DNA of 22,399 bases. Source: Pyrobaculum sp. Its GTDB lineage: Archaea > Thermoproteota > Thermoprotei > Thermoproteales > Thermoproteaceae. The DNA lies in contig JBKBOT010000001.1 in the NCBI GenBank assembly GCA_046293555.1, positions 87,753-110,151 on the forward strand, written 5' to 3'. This document shows positions 16,217 to 22,399 of this stretch, piece by piece (the stretch's first letter is position 1; each line of letters begins with the position of its first letter). The position numbers and the translations under genes are program-made. Under the pieces are notes generated by a model. It was not told the origin of the DNA. It did no database searches and saw only the letters and a list, made by a program, of their open reading frames with translations.

Positions 16217-16690
16217 GTGAGACACGTAGTGGTGCTACTCGGCGTAGGCGGCGTGGGGAAAACCACCCTGGCGTATAGACTTATGGGCCTCTCCCTAAAG
16301 CCCAGAGTGACGCTACGGCCGGGCGTCTACCGCATCTTTCTAGAAAGCTGGGAGGTAAACATTATAGACGTGCCTGGGCAGTACGTATATCAGGTTGTAC
16401 AGAACTTCGTCCGGATGTCCACCTTTTTTGTAGATAAGGTGCTCTATATGTACGACGTGACGCAATACGACACGTTACAGTCCATCGTGGAGATACACAG
16501 CCGGCTGCTAGACAGATTTATCAAGCCTTTTAAAAAAATCGCCGTTGTTGGCAACAAGATGGACTTAGCCAGAGAGATCGGGATACAAGTCGAGGCAGAC
16601 GAGATAGCGGCGGCGGTAGGGACACGGGAGGTTTACTACATCTCCGCCCTTTACGACGACGTGAAAGAACTAATTAAAATCCTGTGGTAA
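16217..16690 (+). CDS. Ras-superfamily-like small GTPase
   Basis: G1 GVGGVGKTT, G2 Thr (PRVT), G3 DVPGQ, G4 NKMD, G5 SAL. 157 aa. TATA box TTTTATAT at 16190. Confidence 0.88.
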   Translation: MRHVVVLLGVGGVGKTTLAYRLMGLSLKPRVTLRPGVYRIFLESWEVNIIDVPGQYVYQVVQNFVRMSTFFVDKVLYMYDVTQYDTLQSIVEIHSRLLDRFIKPFKKIAVVGNKMDLAREIGIQVEADEIAAAVGTREVYYISALYDDVKELIKILW

Positions 16691-18344
16691 CTCTCGTCTT
16701 ACCTCCAGACATGACTTCCTTAACCAGCCCCGCCACCTTTCCGTCACCCTCCTCTTCAGCTCTCTTCACAAGTACTTTAAGTACCGACGTGGCCTCCTGT
16801 GGCGTTTCGCCAAAGTAATGTATTAGGGCGAGTTTCCGCAACGTGGCTGCCTTTACTCTCTCTGCAGAGGCCTCTATATAGTCGCGATATAGACGGTAAA
16901 ACCGGGGCAGTGCCGCGGGCTCCTCCAGAACCTTGCCGTATAGAATTTCGACAAATTTCTCCAGGAGAGTTTCCGCAACCCATCTGGCATCCACCAGGGC
17001 TAGTTGCGTCAAGATCTCCACCTCGTTCCCATATATCGCAGGCTCTGTGGCGAGAATCGCGGTGATTCTACCGCCATGAGTCAAAGCCTCCACCACCACT
17101 GGCGGGACTGAGTCCTCGTAGCAGAGATACTCGCTTATTTTCACACGGCAGGGGTCAAGCCCCCATGTAATATATGCAACAGCCTTGGCGAACTCATATA
17201 CTGCATCTTGATTCACGGCGATAAGTCCGCGATAGATAGTTCTCACGTCTTCCACCACGTTTGGAGAGCCCCTCAGCCCGCTCAAGGCCTCTCTCACAAC
17301 GCCCTCTTTAGGAGCTGCGGCCCACATTAAGTCGTTCCACATCCCCTCGTCGATGTCGTAAAACTCCTCGAGCTCTTCTAGCAGGTCCTCTCGTATACGC
17401 CTATCATCTGTCCTCTTCTCTAAGATCTTAAGTCTTTTTGCTATCTTTTCCACCTCTGGGAGCAAATACGCCACTGCAGGCGGCAAATATATGCCGTTAA
17501 GACTGAGGGAGATGGCAGGGATAAGCCTTCTATTTTCCGCAAAAAAGAGGTCTTCATAAAGTCCTTGATATAGCCTAGATAGCTCTCCCACGGCCTCGCG
17601 ATATAGCTCTTTGGGTTCGTAACGCCCACATCTACGTTTAGCCACAATTTTCGCCCCATATACTGCCAGCGGAAATACGCCACTGAAATCGCTATGTCTA
17701 TACAAGAGGAGGTCTATATACGGCGCTGGGTCTAGATCCCTACACCCAAGCGCTGCGGCGTGTGAGGAAAAAACCTCACTTAACGCACGGCGGGCATCTA
17801 CGTTATGTAGGTACTCCTCCATGTCTATTAGCTTTGCCGACTTGGCTAACAGCTCGGTACATGGGACGTAATGGTATAAGTCTTGCGGCAAAACTAGTAT
17901 AGTGGGCACATTGAGGGCGTGTAGATAGACTATACGGTCTATTATCCGGCTACACCGTTTTTTCCACATACGGGCCGCCTCGCTTCTTACAAGCAGGGGG
18001 CTGTCGTAAAAGGTGATCCCAAGCGGGTCGTAAAACCCCAGCGCGTCTGGCATCTCGTGTAACACCTCAATGGCGCTATCAAAGACGTCTTCAGATGTGC
18101 CAATATCAATAATGGCGTATTGGGCAGCCGCAAATTCTGCGGCTATATATCTCGCTAGTACTGACTTGCCTGTACCATGTGGGCCTATTAACGCAATTGA
18201 AGTCCCCGTCTTTAGGCTAGACATAATTCTCTCGGCCAGTAGTTGAAACCACGGCACAAGCCTAGCCCTATAGTTCTCAGTAATATTTAAGACGTAATAA
18301 TCCCCCTCACTACCCCTATAGACACCTAACAACAGGGAGGACAT
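16674..18344 (-). CDS. P-loop ATPase, STAND-like, with long helical C-terminal region
   Basis: Walker A GPHGTGKS, degenerate Walker B LGFYDPLG, GxP-like SGVFPLAV, and about 300 aa of predicted helical tail. Confidence 0.7.
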   Translation of the reverse strand: MSSLLLGVYRGSEGDYYVLNITENYRARLVPWFQLLAERIMSSLKTGTSIALIGPHGTGKSVLARYIAAEFAAAQYAIIDIGTSEDVFDSAIEVLHEMPDALGFYDPLGITFYDSPLLVRSEAARMWKKRCSRIIDRIVYLHALNVPTILVLPQDLYHYVPCTELLAKSAKLIDMEEYLHNVDARRALSEVFSSHAAALGCRDLDPAPYIDLLLYRHSDFSGVFPLAVYGAKIVAKRRCGRYEPKELYREAVGELSRLYQGLYEDLFFAENRRLIPAISLSLNGIYLPPAVAYLLPEVEKIAKRLKILEKRTDDRRIREDLLEELEEFYDIDEGMWNDLMWAAAPKEGVVREALSGLRGSPNVVEDVRTIYRGLIAVNQDAVYEFAKAVAYITWGLDPCRVKISEYLCYEDSVPPVVVEALTHGGRITAILATEPAIYGNEVEILTQLALVDARWVAETLLEKFVEILYGKVLEEPAALPRFYRLYRDYIEASAERVKAATLRKLALIHYFGETPQEATSVLKVLVKRAEEEGDGKVAGLVKEVMSGGKTRVTTGF

Positions 18345-18403
18345 GAGATTAGTGAAATAGGCATATATATGTGCATACTTTATTTTTAAGCTGTCGGCAA
18401 TAA

Positions 18404-18700
18404 CTACTGAGCTATGTAGAACCTCGGGGGGTCAATTCTCTCGTTTTTACAGTGGGGGCATCGACTTGGCTTTTTTAGCCTCTCTCTGTCTCTAAACTCG
18501 TATCCGCATTTTTTACAACGGGCTGGCACTACCTCCAGACGGTAGCCCATCCTCTTGAGGGTCTTTTTGACGTGTTCTAACTCTTCATAAAGCTCGTTGG
18601 GCTTCAAGTCGGTCTCTACTAACGCCTGTAGTTGATAGATAGATAGCGGCTCTCTGGCCTCAAGCAGGACTTTAGCCAGCCGCTCTCTTATAGTCCCCAT
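18404..18700 (-). CDS. HTH + Zn-ribbon predicted transcriptional regulator (COG3357-like)
   Basis: TIRERL..L...PLS..LYEELEHV.K HTH-like region, then PARCKKCGYEF..KPSRCPHCK.E.I.PP.F. ATG 18700 overlaps the upstream TAA. Confidence 0.85.
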   Translation of the reverse strand: MGTIRERLAKVLLEAREPLSIYQLQALVETDLKPNELYEELEHVKKTLKRMGYRLEVVPARCKKCGYEFRDRERLKKPSRCPHCKNERIDPPRFYIAQ

Positions 18701-19008
18701 TACCTCTCCACCACGGCTGACTGGAGCCACAAGGCCTTGTAGACCCCGCCTGGTTTCAACACGGCGAAGGTGAAGATGTGGAGATTTTTGTCGCCCTCTC
18801 TATAGGCCTCAATTCTCACAAATCTTGTGTCTTCCGGCCTCTCCACTGGGTCTACGTTGGCGTCTAGGAGCTGCGTCTTGGCGACTGTATAGCCAGAGGC
18901 CTTTATCCCCTCTGTGATACAGTTTACAAGCTCTATGGGGGTACCTCCAGAACATTGTGCCCTCTCAATTTGGGACTTCACCTTTGCGTGTTCAATACTG
19001 TAGTCCAT
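18700..19008 (-). CDS. Hypothetical protein (102 aa)
   Basis: Start reassigned to ATG 19008 with TATA box at about 19024-19034. TAATG coupling to the downstream regulator. Confidence 0.75.
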   Translation of the reverse strand: MDYSIEHAKVKSQIERAQCSGGTPIELVNCITEGIKASGYTVAKTQLLDANVDPVERPEDTRFVRIEAYREGDKNLHIFTFAVLKPGGVYKALWLQSAVVER

Positions 19009-19034
19009 GTGTGGGCTGGGGTTATTAATATAAA

Positions 19035-19082
19035 TCAGTTGCTCAGCCCTCTTCACCCCTCCGACCTTGTAAGCCTCTTCAC
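19035..19082 (-). ncRNA. Box C/D 2'-O-methylation guide sRNA
   Basis: Minus strand reads GTGAAGA(C)-GGCTTACAAGGT-CGGA(D')-GGG-GTGAAGA(C')-GGGCTGAGCAA-CTGA(D): canonical archaeal spacing with 12- and 11-nt guides. Intergenic, with TATA-like TATTTAA at 19100-19106. Confidence 0.88.
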
Positions 19083-19110
19083 GAAATTATATTAGGCCGT
19101 TAAATATAGT

Positions 19111-21201
19111 ATGAGTCTAAAAGCCCTGGCGATAGTCATGGCGTTCCTTCTGGCCGTTATTTTTCTGCCGCCTTCTGTCACCCGTCTTGCAGACCCATTT
19201 CACGGCCCCATGAAGGCTATAGCCCGCCCACCCCCGCCGGCCCCCATAGAGAACTACACGTTGGTGATAAGAGCTGGCGGCGAGAGGGAGGCTTACTACA
19301 AGCTTGGCTACGCCCACGCCTATTACAGGCTTTTCCAGATGGACGTAATGCGGCGAGTTGCCCAAGGGCGGCTGGCAGAACTTCTCGGCGAGGCGGCGCT
19401 GGAGGTAGATATATACTTCAGGACCAGAGGGCTATACATCTCTGCCGAAAAGACGTGGAGATATATAAAGGAGAGACATCCAGACTTCGCCCAACTTTTA
19501 GAGGAATATGTAAAGGGCGTGAATGACTACATCAAAAAATACCCCCCGATGTTGGAGTACCTGATCTTGGGGAAAGAGCCGGAGCTGTGGAGACCTGAAG
19601 ACGTGGTGGCTGTGGGGAAGCTTGTGGCGTGGAGTTTAAGCGGAGGCGAGACAGACCTCGAGTTTAGAGAGGTGGCGGGGGCCCTCGGGCCAAAGGTTTT
19701 AGACATCGCCCTGTCTAGACGACACAATACCCCAATCTTGCCCCACGGGGCGGTCTTCTCGCCGCCGTGGGGGCTGGCAGGGGGTAGTAACAACTGGGTG
19801 ATCTCCCCACGGCTCTCGGCGACGGGGTATGCCATATTGGCAAATGACCCACATCTCTCACTCTCGGCGCCGCCCATCTGGATATTCCAAAAGGTGGAGA
19901 CCCCCCAATATGTGGTAATGGGGGTGGCGTTTCCCGGCGCGCCGGTTGTCGTCATTGGGACAAATGGCCACGTGGCGTGGGGTTTTACCAACACTGGGGT
20001 AGACGTGATAGACTATTACTACTACCTCTGGGATGAAGGCCGGTATTTTTACAACGGCACGTGGAGAGAGGCGGGGAGGCGGCTGGAGGAGTTTAAGATA
20101 TGTGACATAAACAACCGGTGTTATTACAGAAAGGTAGAGGTGTGGGAGACCGTACATGGCCCCGTGGTGGAATACAGGGGCGTGAGATACGCCATGAGGT
20201 GGCTAGGCAATAACGTCACCCTGGAGGCATTAGCTCTCTACGGGATGAACAAGGCGAGAAATCTGACAGAATTTCTCGACGCCTTGAGGTACTTTGTGGT
20301 CCCCAGCCAAAACGTGGTATATGCAGACATTGGGGGCACGGTGGCGTATTTCGCCAGCGGCTACCTCCCCCTGAGGGACGGCGGCTATCTCCCCTTTAAC
20401 GGCTCCCGGGGGGAGGGCGAGTGGGGGCGGGCGGTCTGGCTGCCCTCAGTCCTATATTACGTAAACCCGCCCTACTTAGTTACGGCAAACAACAAGGTGG
20501 CTGAGACAAATATCTACCTACAGTGGCGGTGGGCAGATAGGTACCGCCACGACAGAATCGCCGAGCTTATATTACAGAAGGCACCCGGCAAGATCTCCGT
20601 ACGGGAGGTGATGGGGATACAGCTAGACGTTGTGGATATCTCCTGCCGAGACGTCAGAAAGCTGTTAAAAAAATACGGCGGTAAAAACGGCGTGAGGCTA
20701 CTGGACGAGTTGGAGAGATGGGACTGCGCCATGGCGCCTCAGTCCATCACTGCTGCAAGATACGCCACATTTGTCTATAACCTCCAAAAGCTGGCGTGGG
20801 GGAAGTTTGGCGTCTCTCTCACCCTCATGCCTCTAGAGGTGACAATAGAGGCTATAGACAGCGGGCTTATCGACAGAGGTATAGTTGAGACCGCAGCCGC
20901 CGAGGCCCTGAAGACCTCGGCCCCCTGGGGCAAGCTACATGTCTACAACATACGCCACGTGTTGGGGTCTGCAGTACCCCAGCTTAACTACAGGCAGGTA
21001 GAGGCGCCGGGGAGCTGGTTTACAGTCAACGTGGCCCCCGACTTTCAGGTATCGCAAGGCCCTAGCGTCAGGTTTGTAGTGGCTTTTGGCGACGGCGTCT
21101 ATATGTCACTACCGGGGGGGCCAGATGGCGACCCCCTAAGCCCCCTATATGACGCCATGTACCCACTCTGGGTGAGGGGAGAATATGTCAAAGTGGGTTA
21201 G
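19111..21201 (+). CDS. Penicillin acylase family (peptidase S45) Ntn-hydrolase, secreted
   Basis: Signal peptide; GYAHA..RLFQMD..RR...GRLAE; GSNNW (nucleophile Ser226); LANDPHL; AWGFTN; TVHGPV; TANN. Confidence 0.93.
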   Translation: MSLKALAIVMAFLLAVIFLPPSVTRLADPFHGPMKAIARPPPPAPIENYTLVIRAGGEREAYYKLGYAHAYYRLFQMDVMRRVAQGRLAELLGEAALEVDIYFRTRGLYISAEKTWRYIKERHPDFAQLLEEYVKGVNDYIKKYPPMLEYLILGKEPELWRPEDVVAVGKLVAWSLSGGETDLEFREVAGALGPKVLDIALSRRHNTPILPHGAVFSPPWGLAGGSNNWVISPRLSATGYAILANDPHLSLSAPPIWIFQKVETPQYVVMGVAFPGAPVVVIGTNGHVAWGFTNTGVDVIDYYYYLWDEGRYFYNGTWREAGRRLEEFKICDINNRCYYRKVEVWETVHGPVVEYRGVRYAMRWLGNNVTLEALALYGMNKARNLTEFLDALRYFVVPSQNVVYADIGGTVAYFASGYLPLRDGGYLPFNGSRGEGEWGRAVWLPSVLYYVNPPYLVTANNKVAETNIYLQWRWADRYRHDRIAELILQKAPGKISVREVMGIQLDVVDISCRDVRKLLKKYGGKNGVRLLDELERWDCAMAPQSITAARYATFVYNLQKLAWGKFGVSLTLMPLEVTIEAIDSGLIDRGIVETAAAEALKTSAPWGKLHVYNIRHVLGSAVPQLNYRQVEAPGSWFTVNVAPDFQVSQGPSVRFVVAFGDGVYMSLPGGPDGDPLSPLYDAMYPLWVRGEYVKVG

Positions 21202-21514
21202 ATACATATCGACTGCAGTGCCCCTACTTGGCGTATTGACGTCAATACATATAGCCAACGCGGCCCTCTGGCCGTTTCTAGGCGGCTACATATACGGCTG
21301 GGCCTCCGAGAGGAGACGCGACGTGTTGTCGGCGCCCCTGTTTGCAGTAATCCCCATAGCGGCAGTGGCGATTTACTACGCCATGGTTGACCTCACCAGA
21401 TTCCTCCGCCTTGTTGACATACTGCCAGTAGCAGTGGTGTTGTGGATATCAAGCTGGGTTTTATCCTTCACTGCAGGCGCGGCGGCTGGGTACTTAACGT
21501 ATAAAAAACGGTGA
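21185..21514 (+). CDS. Small integral membrane protein
   Basis: 109 aa with 3-4 hydrophobic segments, overlapping the acylase stop. Confidence 0.72.
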   Translation: MSKWVRYISTAVPLLGVLTSIHIANAALWPFLGGYIYGWASERRRDVLSAPLFAVIPIAAVAIYYAMVDLTRFLRLVDILPVAVVLWISSWVLSFTAGAAAGYLTYKKR

Positions 21515-21526
21515 TCTCCATGTGGT

Positions 21527-22399
21527 ATGAGCCCAAAAATCTATCTGTTAGTAGCACTAGTGATGATTCTCGCCGCCGTGTTTTTCATGTTTCTCTCCAC
21601 TCCGCCCACAGCGCCGCCGGCTTCACCCCCCGCAAAAGCTGTGTACATCATTTACGACATTGGGGGTCGTGGAGATCTGTCTTTTAACGACATGGCCTAT
21701 CTAGGCGCCTTCAATGCGGCGAGAGACTTTAAGCTACAGCTAAAAGAGGTGCAGAGCAGGACTCAAGACGACTATGTGCCAAACCTACGTGCAGCCGCCC
21801 GTACGGGCGATGCGGCTGTGATCGTGGGCGTGGGCTTCCTTATGGTAGACGCGGTGAGACAGGTGTCGCAGGAATACCCCCACACGAGCTTCGCCATAGT
21901 TGACGGCTATATTCCAGATAGGCCCAACGTGATGTCTATCCTATATAGGGAAAATGAGGGCTCGGCGCTTGTGGGCGCCCTGGCCGCCCTCGCTGCCCAT
22001 CACTTCAACTGTACCAAAGTCGGCATCGTGTTGGGAATGGAGATCCCAGTGTTGTGGAAATTTGAGATCGGCTATGCATACGGCGTCAGGTGGGCAGAGC
22101 GTTACATAAGGCAGAAGTTTGGAAAAGAGACAAAATTCGACCTCCTGTATATATATACTGGGTCTTTTAACGACCCGGCGAAGGGGAAACAGGCGGCTGA
22201 GGTGATGTTAGCCAGAGGCGTCTGTGTGATCTACCAGGCGGCTGGCGCCACGGGCCTTGGCGTATTTGAGGCGGTGGCTGAGGCGGGGAGGAGGGCTGGC
22301 AGAGAGATGGGGCCGCCGTTTGCCATAGGGGTAGATGCAGACCAGGACTACATCAAGCCTGGGTTCATCCTAGCCTCTATGCTCACGAGAGTCGACGTG
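21527..22399 (+). CDS. BMP family ABC transporter substrate-binding protein (runs off the right edge)
   Basis: MSPKIYLLVALVMILAAVFFM anchor, Pro-rich linker, then GGRGDLSFNDMAYLG, GVGF, YRENEGSALVG, GSFNDPAKGK and AIGVDADQD. Confidence 0.92.
   Translation, partial: MSPKIYLLVALVMILAAVFFMFLSTPPTAPPASPPAKAVYIIYDIGGRGDLSFNDMAYLGAFNAARDFKLQLKEVQSRTQDDYVPNLRAAARTGDAAVIVGVGFLMVDAVRQVSQEYPHTSFAIVDGYIPDRPNVMSILYRENEGSALVGALAALAAHHFNCTKVGIVLGMEIPVLWKFEIGYAYGVRWAERYIRQKFGKETKFDLLYIYTGSFNDPAKGKQAAEVMLARGVCVIYQAAGATGLGVFEAVAEAGRRAGREMGPPFAIGVDADQDYIKPGFILASMLTRVDV

Noticed and set aside
19009-19056. N-terminal extension of ORF 18700..19056
   Set aside because: Its GTG is the C' box of the C/D sRNA and it runs across the gene's own TATA box.

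Overview
Gene-dense chromosomal segment of a hyperthermophilic crenarchaeon, most likely Pyrobaculum or a related Thermoproteaceae member. The assignment is inferred from leaderless genes with TATA boxes about 25 nt upstream of start codons and tRNA introns at non-canonical positions. The window holds about 26 CDSs, including diphthine-ammonia ligase, PPDK, SfsA, an MBL hydrolase, a MoaD/Urm1-like protein, Sec61beta (missed by the ORF track), MFS, USP, CBS, AKR, GNAT, TauE, an 8-Cys protein, ACD-beta, a PD-(D/E)XK nuclease, a small GTPase, a STAND-like ATPase, a penicillin acylase-family protein and a BMP protein. It also has six tRNA genes; four carry five short bulge-helix-bulge (BHB)-type introns (positions 21/22, 22/23, 37/38, 45/46, 53/54). 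One clear box C/D guide sRNA is present. Most notable observations: (1) a tRNA-Trp gene bracketed by two in-frame AUGs sitting exactly on its RNase P and RNase Z cut sites, and open in frame, only when unspliced, into a downstream secreted Cys-rich protein; (2) a nuclease / Ras-like GTPase / STAND-like ATPase cluster with a candidate shared operator; (3) an unexplained hairpin-rich element of about 300 nt next to sec61beta. No CRISPR array, rRNA or transposase was seen. All product calls come from motif recognition by eye, not database searches.
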